NCBI GenBank assembly: GCA_903865745.1
Contig: CAIPKV010000025.1
Span: 1,907-65,906, forward strand
DNA from: an uncultured Verrucomicrobia subdivision 3 bacterium
Lineage (GTDB): Bacteria; Verrucomicrobiota; Verrucomicrobiia; Limisphaerales; UBA11358
Length of the DNA: 64,000 bases
Direction: 5' to 3'
Below, piece by piece: positions 46,001-57,500 of the stretch. Each line of letters starts with the position of its first letter. The stretch's first letter is position 1. The notes under the pieces were generated by a model. That model did not search any database. It saw only the letters and a list, made by a program, of their open reading frames with translations, and had not been told where the DNA came from. The translations under genes and the position numbers were made by a program.

Positions 46001-49000
46001 GTTGCCGTTGCGGTCAGGTTGGTCGGAAAGGATTGCTGACTGTTGACAGAATCGGTGTTGTTGCCAGTAACGCCACCTTCGTTCATCGCGGCAACGCGGT
46101 AATAATAGATGATTGCGGGATTCAGGCCATAGTCGGTGTAGGTCGTCTCGGTCACAGTCTGCAAGTAAACGTAAGGTCCGCCCGAACTCGTCGCGCGGGA
46201 AATGACGTAGCCGACCGCGCCCGGCACGGCATTCCAGTTCAACGTGATATTCGTCGTCGAGCTATAAACAAAACTTGCGGTGAGCGACGCGGGCACAGTC
46301 GCCGGTGCCACTGGCAACGGCACCGCCACGATCGACACGGAATTGGTGCTGGTGCCACTGGCACCCGTCGCAGTGACCGTGTAGCTGTAAATGCCGCCGT
46401 CGGTCGGAGAGCTGTCGGTATAAGCAGTGTTGGTAACCGCGTTGTTCAGCAGAATCGTGTTCAGGACGTTGGATGAGCCGCCGCCGGTATTCACCAAGAT
46501 GGAACGGAAGACCGAATAGTAGTTTGCGCCACTGACCGCGTTCCACTTCAACGTTACGCTCTGATGCGCGACGCCAGCGACGGTCAGGCTGGCGGGCGCG
46601 GTAGGCGTGCTGGTGGAAATACCTGCCAAGGGCGTCGCACCAGAACTGGCTGGTGAATTGGTGCTACTGCCGACGGGGTTGACCGAGCGCACCATGTAGA
46701 AATAATTGGTGCCGTTACCCGCCGTTGTGTCAAGCCACGTCGCATTTACCGCGCCACTGCCGCAGACCGGGCCCGTCACCCCGTTCGTGACGGAGACGTA
46801 AGTACCGGCAATATTAGTCGCACGCAGCACATTATAGCTCGTCGCGCCAGGTACCACCGGCCAGCAAACCAGATTGCAGTTGTTACCTGCATAAGACGTC
46901 ACACTCACCGGCGGGGGCGGCACATAACCCGACAACTCCAGACGAACATAATCATACATCGCGTGATCGGCAAAATAACCATCGCCGTTGGCAAGCTTGC
47001 CAGCCTGGCGCAAATAGATGTTGATGGTGTTCTGCCCAGCCTGCAATAGGGTGGTGGAAAAATTAATGCGGTAGTCAGAGAATTCGGCGTTGGCGCCTTC
47101 GCGAATGGTGGTATCACATTTATAGCCCGAGCCACTGTAATTTGGATTATAGCCATTGGCAGGGGAAATTTGCGTGCCATTGACCGAGATTTCAATGGCT
47201 CCTTGATAATCCGAACACAACGCCATATAAAACGAGGCCGACCCACTAGGGGTCGAGGTTAGATTGAAGATGATGGTTGAACTGGAGTCGTCATAAAACC
47301 CTGTGCTATCGACGACGCATGGCTGGACGAAGTTCCAATCGGTGGTCCAGCGGCTCTGGCCGACGACGTAGTTCACGCCGTTCGGGAAATCAAACGGATA
47401 TTGCAGCCATTTGCTCCAGATTGGACTCGGCACGGTCGGTTTTGGTCCGATGTCGCCGACCCAATAGTCATCGCCGTGCCGGAATTTGTTTTGTCCCGTC
47501 CGGCTCGGATAACCAATTTCAAACACCGTCGCGCCCGCGCGGGCTGGCGTCCAGATATTTGTGCCCAGATTGTTTGTCACGCCGGCCGTGACCGTGACGC
47601 TAAACTGGGTTGCTGGCAAATCAAATGTATTCGGAGAATTACCACCGGTATTTGTTTGCGACTGAAAAGTGCCCGCTGCGCCGGGACCAAAGGCATACAA
47701 CGTGTAGTTGGTGCCGGCAATGACATTGGGTATGGTGAAGTTTCCGTTGGTGTCGGTCTTAACCCAAAACTGATAGTTCTTCATCCATAATTCAAAATCA
47801 TAGGTGCCGGTGATGGTGACTGGTTGCTGCATGACGCCCACCCATAGACCGGCGGCGGAAGCGTTTGGATTGTAGGTATCATTAATGACGAGTTTTCCGG
47901 TCACTGTGCCTCGACCGGAAGCCATGGCATAATTGGCATTCGTGAACCAATAGTAAGGCCACGCACCGACCGCGCCGGTAGGCTGGCCATTGGTGTCAAT
48001 GCCCTGTTCCGCCAGCGCCTGCATCTTTGCATCCGCGTAAAGCGCCTGTGCGGGCGCATTCGTGCCGGTGAGCGTGTTGGTGACGTTATTGCAATATATA
48101 AAATATGGCCCATAGACTTTGCTCCAGACTTCGCCGGCGCCCCAGAAGCAGTCGTTAGAACCGCCGCCATAATGGCCGGAATTGAGCATATTCAAGATGG
48201 TAGTGCCGATGTGCTCCATCAAATCCCGTTTCATTGGGCCGTTCTGGTGGTACTCCAGACTGGGCTGAATGTTCCAGAGGCCGACATTTTTTCCACCCGT
48301 ACCGACGCTGCTCCAGCCGTAAACTGACTGGTTGCCGAAATCGGCGCTATATTTATATTTGTCCTCGTATTGCCCGGCATAAATGCCGTTCGTCCATAAG
48401 GAGACTTCCACCGGCGCACCCTGCACCCCGATAGCTGAGCCACCGGAAACTTCCATCAGCCGGTTGCGATTGGTGTCCACGCTCATCCAGTTGAAGATGG
48501 AGCCGGCGTAAATATTGTCCCGGCACTCGCCCATCGAAAAGTAGCCGTTGGTGCTCGCATGGCTCCAGATTGGCGTGACATAAAATCCCGCGGCCCCGCG
48601 TAGCAGCGAATAATGCACCTCCATCGTGACGTTGGCCACGGTCGTGGAAACCAGGGCAATTTCAGCATAATTGGTCGTGTTGGCGACGATCGAATAAGTA
48701 AACGTCAGCCCTTCGTTATTGCAGTTTTCCCAATACAATTCCCCGCCGTAAGTGCCGCCGGAAAGCAGGTTCAAGGTTTGCGAACTTCCAGTGTTGTTGA
48801 ACGTGTAATTAATTTGTGTGATGTTCCCGGCCGATTTGTTGATTAAGATGGAAACGATGCCGTTGGCCATCGTCACTGTCCCGTTACCATTGTCAACCAG
48901 CGTGACCGCCACGCCGTTGGTACCGCCCCCGGGAAGGTTGGCCCACGCCACGTTCCCCATCAGCAGGAAAATGATTAGCCGCGCCACAAACCCTTGAAAA

Positions 49001-49080
49001 AACCTGACTTGAACTCGGTTCGGCCAGCTAGACCACGAGTGGAAAACGAGAGAAAACCAGGTTGAGATGAAATTGGACAT
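43081..49080 (-). CDS. Giant secreted fusion protein: rhamnogalacturonan lyase (PL4-like) + 4 Fn3 domains + PATR stalk + C-terminal beta-sandwich tail
   Basis: 1999 aa. The N-terminal about 700 aa has the RG-lyase-type pattern (VTLVDNGNGTVTMANGIVSILINKSAGNITQINY ... YDYVRLE). Four Fn3 units carry the W..V.GA..Y.V.R signature. Long GxxTLxL/NxYxGxT PATR repeats follow. Confidence 0.8.
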   Translation of the reverse strand: MSNFISTWFSLVFHSWSSWPNRVQVRFFQGFVARLIIFLLMGNVAWANLPGGGTNGVAVTLVDNGNGTVTMANGIVSILINKSAGNITQINYTFNNTGSSQTLNLLSGGTYGGELYWENCNNEGLTFTYSIVANTTNYAEIALVSTTVANVTMEVHYSLLRGAAGFYVTPIWSHASTNGYFSMGECRDNIYAGSIFNWMSVDTNRNRLMEVSGGSAIGVQGAPVEVSLWTNGIYAGQYEDKYKYSADFGNQSVYGWSSVGTGGKNVGLWNIQPSLEYHQNGPMKRDLMEHIGTTILNMLNSGHYGGGSNDCFWGAGEVWSKVYGPYFIYCNNVTNTLTGTNAPAQALYADAKMQALAEQGIDTNGQPTGAVGAWPYYWFTNANYAMASGRGTVTGKLVINDTYNPNASAAGLWVGVMQQPVTITGTYDFELWMKNYQFWVKTDTNGNFTIPNVIAGTNYTLYAFGPGAAGTFQSQTNTGGNSPNTFDLPATQFSVTVTAGVTNNLGTNIWTPARAGATVFEIGYPSRTGQNKFRHGDDYWVGDIGPKPTVPSPIWSKWLQYPFDFPNGVNYVVGQSRWTTDWNFVQPCVVDSTGFYDDSSSTIIFNLTSTPSGSASFYMALCSDYQGAIEISVNGTQISPANGYNPNYSGSGYKCDTTIREGANAEFSDYRINFSTTLLQAGQNTINIYLRQAGKLANGDGYFADHAMYDYVRLELSGYVPPPPVSVTSYAGNNCNLVCWPVVPGATSYNVLRATNIAGTYVSVTNGVTGPVCGSGAVNATWLDTTAGNGTNYFYMVRSVNPVGSSTNSPASSGATPLAGISTSTPTAPASLTVAGVAHQSVTLKWNAVSGANYYSVFRSILVNTGGGSSNVLNTILLNNAVTNTAYTDSSPTDGGIYSYTVTATGASGTSTNSVSIVAVPLPVAPATVPASLTASFVYSSTTNITLNWNAVPGAVGYVISRATSSGGPYVYLQTVTETTYTDYGLNPAIIYYYRVAAMNEGGVTGNNTDSVNSQQSFPTNLTATATNRQVILNWPTATGAASYTLKRGTSAGTESVTVVTGYAGTTYTNTGLANGTTYFYVVTATGAGGTSGNSPEASVTPQVAGNGIWISPTNGNWGNTNNWVGGDIAAGSGNLADFSTLSLPTNLTVTLDSPRTISSLIFGDSTSTYNWTLAGTNTLTLGTNSVIEVVNQSATIVTPMAGTAGLTKTGSGTLLLGGVTNSFTGGITVDTGLFNLDFTITNSPTSNIVAAANSMTLAGSKLQITGNSGNASSQTFTATTLNAGTSVISAAPISGANIPTVALSTIATTLNSGDLVEFIGPATTGVGGAIVVTMANITTTTIGGSGLIANYAIFGTVGLYDYAATSGSLAPYTVVGASQVAGFYTPYAGGTAGPTGGNVDLTGTSISWSGIPYLQSLRFNTSSGANQSVNNNSSYTTLQTADILVTPNVGTYNVSFNISNLRPNTTGNGPEILWQNNLAGELIINSTINRPNHSTTYYDDAYEQAGPGTVVLNNYGNNYTGQSYLNGGVTLIAGNGSLGAAASGTAVNLNGGTLAANGTFTLDNAGANQRQLYLLSNGGGLAAMAGNTLTVDGYIGGAGQLAIGIPASSANGNTLGLLPGTGTGTANPTAVMATGTVVLNSAGNGFAGGTVLYSGTLNINSVWGLGGAVYGGLTFAGGNLQYAATLMNSAVDITQDTSAGSTGLSGGVAQTVTLATNATIDVNGNAIAYTNTLGNGGSGSLTVKSSLPGGVLTLLGGNIYSGNTIVTNTTLIANNPIGSATGSGNVLVQNGGVLSGNGAISGSVTVASGGVLSVGNVTDSLSIGNNLTLNTGSTTILQVQHSPLTNTAIYVSGTLTEAGSLLVTNSGVEAFTAGDRFKLFNSVGGYSGTFSSVSLPVLNSGLSWSTNQLALNGSLTAVSTNPPLTTGVNFSGGNLVWQGTGGTPNWNYYVLSATNLALPLAQWTVTTTNQFDASGNFNCTNAATGTNGPQQFYILQIQ

Positions 49081-49145
49081 TTAATCGATATTATTGCTGA
49101 CCAATTACTGAATGAGCCGACAAAGGAGCTTTATCTGGACAACCC

Positions 49146-50615
49146 TCAATTAGGTGATTGCGGCGGTACCGGTCGATCCAAGAAAGCCGACTCACTTAGT
49201 TTCTGCTCCCCTTTCAAGGCGTGGGGTAAATCGACATTCTTATCATCCACCAACCGAAGGTTACCGCCGGCGGGCGTGGTGAGCACCACGTCCTTCATCG
49301 TCCAGTTCTCCGCATGGGAAATGGTCCCGGCTTTTTTGGCCTCAATCCGCAAAGCCTCCAGCCGTACATCATGCATGGGCTTCTCGGCGTAGGCATTGAC
49401 GTAAATGGCTCGAGCGGCGGCAGTGGCGGTTAGATTGGAAATAACTACATTGCGGAACTCGGGCAATCCGCGCGCGGGCGGCTCCACCTTTTGAAGTAAG
49501 GCCAACCAATGCGCCGGAACATGATTTGTGTCTATGCCTGGCGGCAATGTCGCATAGCTATAGCTAGGATTCCAGTTTAGCTCGAAGTTAAGGGGGTTCT
49601 CCACGCCGGTCATATGAATATCATGGATGAAGATATTTTCCACGACTCCGCCCCGGAAATGTGCTGATTTGAAGCGAATGCCACTGTCAGTGCCATAGGC
49701 TTTAAGATTGCTGACCTCGACGTTTCGGATGCCCCCGGATGTTTCGCTGCCAAGCGTAATCATTCCGCCGCCCGCGCGCGTAATGCAGTTGCGTATGATG
49801 ATATTTTCAGTCGGACGATTCACGCGCAAGCCGTCGGCGTCCCGACCGGATTTGAGGCAGATGTCGTCATCGTTGCAATCGACCGTGCAGTTCTGAATCA
49901 GGATGTCATGCGACGAATCAATATCAATCCCATCGCAACTCGGTCCCAAACCGCCCACGTTGGCCTCAATACCCACACCATCCACCGTCACGTGGCCACT
50001 GTATATCAGCGCGAGACTCCAAAAGCCGGAACGGTTGATGTTGACATCCCGTATCCTGATATCATTGGAGTCATATACCACGACAGCTCGAACTCGTTTA
50101 CAATCATAGTCCACCACCCAGCGCAGGCCGCGGGCGCGATAGTCCTTCAACATGCCACCCTCACCGTCTGTGCCCCAGTATTTCTTCCACCAATAGTCGC
50201 CGTTACCATCAATTGTTCCCTGGCCGGTAATACTTACATTGGTCTGCTGATAAACGTTTACCAGTGCCGTTGGCCAGGGCATCTCAATGCCAGCCACCCG
50301 GGTTGGCAACTCGGGATAGAGCCGGTCATCCTGAATGGCACGCAAAACGACACCTTTTGCGAGTTGCAATTGCACGTTGGACTTCAGAAAAATGGCACCG
50401 CTCGGGTAAGTCCCCGGTTTGAAGGTGACAGTGCCGCCGCCTGCAGCCGCCGCCGCATCAATAGCCTGTTGGATGGCTAAAGTGTTGGTGGTTATTCCAT
50501 CCGCCTTGGCACCAAAGTCGTTAACGCAAAACCCAGGCAGCGCAGCCGCCATCATCGTCAGACTGGCCGAAAATGAAGCCAGATAGCAACTCGAAATAAG
50601 AATAAGCCCCTTCAT
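49146..50615 (-). CDS. Glycoside hydrolase family 28 (polygalacturonase/rhamnogalacturonase-type)
   Basis: Signal peptide and GH28 motifs CDGIDID, DDDICLKSG, GGGMITLGSE and GIRFKS on a right-handed beta-helix pattern. Confidence 0.85.
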   Translation of the reverse strand: MKGLILISSCYLASFSASLTMMAAALPGFCVNDFGAKADGITTNTLAIQQAIDAAAAAGGGTVTFKPGTYPSGAIFLKSNVQLQLAKGVVLRAIQDDRLYPELPTRVAGIEMPWPTALVNVYQQTNVSITGQGTIDGNGDYWWKKYWGTDGEGGMLKDYRARGLRWVVDYDCKRVRAVVVYDSNDIRIRDVNINRSGFWSLALIYSGHVTVDGVGIEANVGGLGPSCDGIDIDSSHDILIQNCTVDCNDDDICLKSGRDADGLRVNRPTENIIIRNCITRAGGGMITLGSETSGGIRNVEVSNLKAYGTDSGIRFKSAHFRGGVVENIFIHDIHMTGVENPLNFELNWNPSYSYATLPPGIDTNHVPAHWLALLQKVEPPARGLPEFRNVVISNLTATAAARAIYVNAYAEKPMHDVRLEALRIEAKKAGTISHAENWTMKDVVLTTPAGGNLRLVDDKNVDLPHALKGEQKLSESAFLDRPVPPQSPN

Positions 50616-50657
50616 TATAAATTAACATTGCCGGAAACATCCTTTAGCAATTTTCTG

Positions 50658-51536
50658 TCAATGCTCCGCTTCCAACGAGGTCATTAGGGTGTTTAAGTCT
50701 GGTTCATACAAGATTGCAAGAGAACCCGCGCCCGCCGTAGACGTGGACCAAGCACTGGCATAGACTGCCGGTGTAATCTTCACAGCTTTCACACTGTTGT
50801 CTGAAAAAATTACCGTTTCCACTTTTTGCTTATCATGTGCAACCATGGTGGGATCCATGGTCATATCATTGGCGTGAAGGTTGTCATTAATTAAATGCTC
50901 ATAGGCAAGTACCTTAGCGCCACCAGTCCCAAAGTTGCTATATTTCTGGTAAGCACGCCGGTAATAGCCATTGATTAGAACACTGGTATCAGCTCGCGGG
51001 TTCCATCCATAGGAAGAGAAAACTGCTCCCAGCGAATTGCCCGTGCCGTTCAATTTTGGATGCAACAGCGGCTGATAAGTGGACATGGAATAAAGTCCGG
51101 AAGCCGGTTTCACGGCATAGCTTGGACAATAGAGTGTTTCACCATTACCCAAACATTTCATTGGAAATAAATAGCCAAGATTATCATAATAACCCGTGGT
51201 CGAAGTGGCGCTTTGCAAAAGCTGGTTGCGATCCGGTCCCGTCCAAGCATAAAACAATTCTTCAGATTGTTTAAAAAGATTGTTGTATGAGCTGTCACCC
51301 GGACTTCTAATATTTCCGGGCATGAGCCAGTCGTTGAAATCCCCGGAATAGATTGCCGAACCGATGCTGATTTGCTTCATGTTGTTCAAACAGGAGGTCA
51401 AATAAGCGCGTTGCTTAGCCGCCGACAGTGCCGGCAACAGCATCGCCGCCAGGATGGCGATGATGGCGATCACCACCAGCAGTTCAATTAGCGTAAATCC
51501 AGCCCGGTAAACCGTCCCATTCTTTATTTTCTTCAT
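50658..51536 (-). CDS. Prepilin-type N-terminal cleavage/methylation domain protein (DUF1559/H-X9-DG-like pseudopilin-like)
   Basis: [25 protein letters not shown] is the type IV pilin-like N-terminus. The C-terminal region has a conserved His...D(N/G) motif. Confidence 0.85.
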   Translation of the reverse strand: MKKIKNGTVYRAGFTLIELLVVIAIIAILAAMLLPALSAAKQRAYLTSCLNNMKQISIGSAIYSGDFNDWLMPGNIRSPGDSSYNNLFKQSEELFYAWTGPDRNQLLQSATSTTGYYDNLGYLFPMKCLGNGETLYCPSYAVKPASGLYSMSTYQPLLHPKLNGTGNSLGAVFSSYGWNPRADTSVLINGYYRRAYQKYSNFGTGGAKVLAYEHLINDNLHANDMTMDPTMVAHDKQKVETVIFSDNSVKAVKITPAVYASAWSTSTAGAGSLAILYEPDLNTLMTSLEAEH

Positions 51537-51553
51537 ATTTTATCTTTCGCGCC

Positions 51554-51582
51554 GGCCCGCAGCGAACTTTACGCTGCGGGCC
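51554..51582 (-). other. Perfect 11-bp GC-rich hairpin between the giant gene and the pilin-like gene
   Basis: ggcccgcagcg-N7-cgctgcgggcc. There is no U-tract on the transcribed strand, so this is likely an intra-operon stem-loop. Confidence 0.4.
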
Positions 51583-51597
51583 AGAGCATTTAATCCA

Positions 51598-54500
51598 TTA
51601 CGGATAAACCAACCGGTAGTACTCGTTCGTCATGCCGACCTTGATGATTGTGAGGTTAGTCGACGTGATATTCGTGGAGCCCAAAACCGTACCCCAGTCG
51701 GTCTTGTTGCTGCTCACACCCTTGTTCAAGTTGTTCGTCTGCACCAGCAACCGGTAGCCCAAATAACCCTGCGGCCAGCTCAACACCAAGCTGGTTCCCC
51801 CGCTTACGCTGTTCGTCAAATGCGGCGGGCTGTTGGTGATTGGCTGCAACAATGCGTTCACGGTATAAACATTCGTCTGCAACCCATCCTGCGATACCAC
51901 CTGCACCGCCAGCACGTTTGCCGGCTGGCTTAGGCTCAGGGCGTTGTTCGCGCTCGCCACCCCATTCGTTAACGGGATGTTGTAGTTGCTACCGTTGTTG
52001 AAGCTCAACGCCACCGCCGCGTTCCCATCCGCACTCGTGGCCGTCACCGCCACATTGGTATTCGGATACGTGTTCGTCGCCGTGTAGTTCGTCAGGCCGC
52101 TGCTAAACGACTGGCTCAAAGCCCACGGTGAGATGAGCAGGCTGGTTAGTAGCGCATTCGTGCCCTGCAAGGTCACGTTCACCGTGTAGCTGTTCATCAC
52201 CGACCCGTCTTGCGATACTGTCTGCACCGTCACGTTGTTCGACCCCTCGACCAGACCCGTCGCCGTCGTCAGCGGACTGCTGGTCAGACCGTTGGTTAAG
52301 TAACCTACATTCGAACTGTTCACATACAGCGTATTCGTCGCATTCGAATCAATATTTGTTATCGTCACCGTTAGCGGTAAGCTCGCCAAGCTGTTGGTTG
52401 CTGTGTAGGGTCCGCTCGGCAAGTTTGTGCTGAATGATGTCGGAGAAAAGGGCAACTGCACATTCGCCGCATTGCTCAGGACCAGCGAGGTCAGGTAGGT
52501 GGTCGAGCTTGACGCAGAGCCCAACTGCGTTAGGGACACCACATAGGTGCTTGTCTGCGACCCGTCCTGCGAAACCACCTGGACCGACACGTTGGTCGTG
52601 CCGACATTCAAGGTCAGCCCGCTGCTGGCAATTTCGTTGGTCAGCACTTGTTTTGTGGTAGTGCCCAATAGGAGCGTGTTCATCGCCGTGGCATCCACGT
52701 TCGTCACCGTCACCGTCACCGTCACCGGGCCGGCGCCAGCGGCATTCGTCGCATAGTAGATGCCGGTGTTGGTCGTCGCGAAGGGGGACGGATAGAAGGT
52801 CAGTGCTCCGGTGCCGTTGCTGATTACCAAGTTCGCCAACTGGGCGTTCGTGCTCAGCCGCGTCACCGTCACGAAGTAGTTGCTTACCGTCAAGCCGTCC
52901 TGGGCCGTTACCTGTACCCGGATGACGTTTGTCGAGCCTACACCTACCGCCAGCGGCAGGCTCGTCACCTCATTGGTCAGCAGGCCCTGTGACACGTTGT
53001 TCAAGAACAACTGATTCGTCGCAAAAGCCGAGTTGTTCGTTACCAGCACCGTCACGGACGAATTTGCGTTGTAGTTCGTCGCGAAATAGTTCGTCGTGCC
53101 GGGGTGGAAGGTCGGTGAAACCGAGGCGTTCACCACCAAGTTAAACAGACTCGCATCCTTGCTGGCTGTGCTAACCACGAGGTTGACATGCCCAGCACCA
53201 TCATTGGTGATGGTTCCGAAGGTGCCACTTTGCGGAGTGTCAAACACCACCGCAGTGGCAAACTGTGTTCCATTGGTCGTCCCGTAGGTGAACAGATTGT
53301 TGTAAGTACCCGCCGCCAACTGCCCGCCGCCGGTGTTGATTTCAACCACGCTGCCATTCGGCGATAACAGGCCGGCGACCGCCACGGTGTTGCTGACCCC
53401 GCCAGCGGTGGTCACCACAAACAGGTTGGTGGAGGTGGCATTCAAGGTCAGGTTGCTGTTGAGGGTCAACTGGCCTATGCCGTTGACACCGGGATATAGC
53501 ATCGCGCCGGCATTATTCGTCACCACATTGCCCAAGGTGCCGGTGCCGCTCAAGATGCCGCCGCTGTTAACCGTCACCGGGCTGGCCGTGATCTGGCCGT
53601 TGACCTGCAGCGTGCCGGCATTGACGGTGGTCTTGCCGGTGTAAGTGTTGCCGTTGTTATTAAGAATCAACTTGCCCGTGCCGACCTTGGTGATCGCACT
53701 TGGGCCACCACCAGAAACGCCGCTGCCATTGGTGATAACTCCGTCAATCACGCTCGTCGTGTTCAACGCGCCAATCTGATAGGTTTGAGTGGCGACGTAA
53801 TCCGCGCCGCCCAGTGCTGACGACGCATCCACGTTGAGCGCACCAAACTGCGCGGTGTTGCCGCCGGAATTGTTCATTCCAACCAAACTGACCCCGCCGA
53901 CGCCCGTGATAAGATTGACGGTCGCGCCGCTCAAGTTGCCGTCAAAAGAGCCGCCATTGACGTTGTTGAAGTTCAAAACCAGGTAGGCGTTGGCCTCCGC
54001 GCCAGTAATATTAAGCGTGCCTCCAAAATTGGCGCAGGTGGATAGACAGTCGCCAATGACTGAACTGCTGTTTTGCGGCTGCTGGTTGTTAACCTGAAGA
54101 TTCAAGGTTCCCGAACCGTAAAGAGCTGGCAGCTTCATGGCATTCGTCATGATAATCAGGCCATTGGTTCCGCTGGGCACCGTCAGGCTAATCCCATTCA
54201 GATAGATTCCGTTCGCCGTCACACCCAGCGTGCCGCCTTCCAAGGTGGTCATGCCCGTGCCAAGATTGGTTGCCGCACCGATAAGCAGTTTGGCCGGATA
54301 ATTTACCGTTGTGCCGCCACTGTAATTATTGTTGCCGCTAAGGGTCTGGGTGCCGGCACCCGCGATGACCAATGCAATCTTACCGTTGCTGCCATTGACA
54401 TTGGTATCCAGAATCAAGCCGGCGTAAGTCGGGGCGCTCCAATTGCTGATGGTGAGCGTATTGACGCCGGTGCCGCCGTTATTGACAATCCGGCCCAGTG

Positions 54501-57500
54501 TGGTGCCGGTAATGCCCGAAAGGCCATTCAGCGTCTGGTTGTTGCCATTCAAGTCCAGGGTGCCAGCCGTGCTGCCGCCATCCAGAACCGTCCAACCCGT
54601 TACGCCGACGGGGAGCACCGCCGGGCCGGCCAGCTTGACCGTGCCACCATTGATAGCGGTGTTGTTGGCATAAGTATTGACCCCGCCAAAGATGTTGGTG
54701 CCCGGACCGTTAAAGCTTACCCAGCCATTGCCGCTGATGCCATTGGTCACGGCATAGGTGCCGGCCAGATCAAAGGCGACGGTGCCGCTATTGGTCAGGC
54801 TGATGGCATTGGTCGGAAACGCTGTCGTGCCGCCGTTACCAAATTGAAGGGTACCCGTGTTGATCACGGTTGCGCCAGCGTAGGTGGTATTGCCTGCCAG
54901 GGTCACCGTATTCGAGCCCTCTTGAACGAGGCTGCCAGTGCCGGTTAAGTTGCCCACCACCGTATAGTTGTTGTTCGTCTGATCAAAAATCAGGAGCGCG
55001 TTGTTGGTGATGACACCGGCACTAAGGCCCGTGTTCGGGGTGTTGCCATCGCCGACCTGCAACACGCCGCCATTGATGGTCGTCGGGCCGGTGAAGTCAT
55101 TGGTGATGAGTAGCGTCAGCGTGCCGGAGCCGGTCTTGGTCAGACCGTTGGTCATGATGCCGGTAATCTTGCCTAAGCCGCTAGTGCTATTAAACGTGTA
55201 ATTGGACGAACCGCTCACCATGACGCCGCTGGGCGACACTGGCAGCTGCAAATTCACCGGGGAATTTGCCGCGCCCGCATTATTAAAGGTGACGCTGTCG
55301 CCGTTTAAAAAGGCTTCGTCATCCACACCAACCAAGTTCGTCCAGTTGATGCTGCTCGTGTCCCAGTAGTTGGCCGAACCGTCACCAATCCAGGTCAGAC
55401 TATTCGTACCAAGCGTCAGCACAATGAGTTGAATATGACCGGCGTTATCATCATGCAGCGTGAAAAACTGGTTGCCCACTTGGGCGGGAGTCACATTCAA
55501 GTTGGCGGTCACGGAGCCGCTGATGGAGTCATAGGTAATGAGCGTATTAGTGCCATCGGGCAGCGTGCCGGAAATGTTCAACTTGACCGTGCCAGCGCCG
55601 GCCAGGGTCAATCCGCCTGTCACCGCGACCAAATCGTTGGTGCTGCTGCTGATGTCAAACAAATTGGTGTTCCCATTCAATATCAGTCCACCCGTAAAAG
55701 TGAGCGTGCCATAATTACCCAGACCGGTGACACCCGGGGCAAGCGTGCTGCCAGGGGCCATGCCCACCGGTGCCTGGTTATTGAAGCTACCGGTGCCAGC
55801 CAGCGTTGTTCCGGCATAGTTGGTCGTAGCGGTATAGCCGCCCAGCAGGCTGTCCACCTCCAGCGTACCGCCACTGACTATCGTCGGGGCGGAATAATTA
55901 TTCGCACCGCCGCTCAGGACCAGCAGACCGGTACCAACCTTGGTCAGACCGGTGTATTGAGAGCCATCGGTGATGTTACCAGCAAAGGTGCTGGTCGTGT
56001 TCAGGTTGCCGACCACGAAGATGCTGGGAAGCGTGGTGTTACCACCGGGATTGGACGTGTTGCCGGCGGTGAGCCCAGATCCGGCACTACCGTTTAACGC
56101 ACCGAGATAAACCGTCTGGTTGCCATATTTGCTGTTAATATTTCCGGTCGCGCCCAGATTCCAGGTCGCATTTGCACTGCCATAAGTGGTAGCCGTAGTA
56201 ACGATGCTGGCCCGGATGCCGCCGTTGAGGTTGATGATGCCGCTAAAACCGCTCACGCTGCCGCTCGGGCTAAAGGTGCCACCAACAATATCCAGGTTCA
56301 CCGTCCCGCCGCCGACGAGATTGAGCGCTGGATAATAGCCACCGGTGCCATTGAATTCGAGCGTACTGATCGCGCTGGGCGCATTGCTGATGGTGTTGGC
56401 AATGTAGGCGCCGTTTTCATATAGAGTGCTGCTGTTATTGAGCGTGACCAGGCCGCTACCGAGGCTGCCGACGCCGGTGAGCGTCACCTGGCCGCTGTTG
56501 ATCACCGTGCCGCCGGTGTAGGTGTTGGCCGCCGTCAACGTCAGGATTCCGGAAGAATTCACATTCAAAGCCACCGTCTTGGTGCCGCTGCCCAGTACAT
56601 CTTCAATCACGCCACCAAACGTCGAGCTGCCGCCATTGTAATTGAGGGTTGAAGCCGCCACGGTACCGCCGTTGCCGATGTAGCAGGTGGTGGCACCGGT
56701 AGCAATGGCCAGACTGCCCACCGTCAAACCGCTGTTGTTCAAATCCAGAATGCCGTTCGTGACGCTGCTGCCCAGTGTCAGGGTGTTGATGGCGCTGTTG
56801 CCGCCAATGGCCAGTGTGCCGCCCGCCTCGACGGTTACATTGCCGGAGCCGTTAATGGGGCCGGTGGCCACCCGGCTGGGCGAATCCATCACCAAGGCCG
56901 CGTTGTTGGTGACGCTGCCCGTTCCGATCGCTCCGGAGATGGTGCCGTTACCGAGCTGCACCGTGCCGCTATTGATAATTGTGCCGCCGGTGTAAGTGTT
57001 GGCGGTCAGAATGGTCAAGGTTCCGGTACTGTTATTGGTCAGGGCGGTCGCACCGCCGATTACCCCGGTGTTGGTGAAAGTATAGCTCTGGGTGCCATTG
57101 ACGGTCACGCTGCCCGGGGTGAGCGCCCCCACCAGATTGACCGTTGTATTGGCGGAAGTGTTATCAAAGATTGTATTATCACTGTCATTATACACCCACG
57201 GATTAACCGAAGTAGTGGTGTCGTCCCAGTTCGACGTGGTATTCACATCCCACTGGCCGCCCGAAACGTTACCAACCCAGGTCAGGTTCTGGGCGACATA
57301 GGTGCCAACCACCAGATTCAATCCGCCCGAAACCGCCGACAACGAAACCGACTGGCCGCTCTGCGTAAAGCCAGATATGGCTATGGCAGACAACGATCCA
57401 CCCGGCGTGCCACTGCAATTGATCAACCGGTAAGTGCCATTGGCCAGCGTGCCATTCGCGATGCTCAATTGGATGTTGCCGGAAGTGAGAGTCAGTCCAC

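Noticed and set aside
54073-56097. Plus-strand ORFs (54073-54948, 55429-56097 and many smaller ones) inside the 2781-aa gene
   Set aside because: The repetitive Gly/Thr/Asn codon usage of the giant gene leaves the opposite strand open. Their translations are low-complexity and overlap a gene with a coherent repeat architecture.
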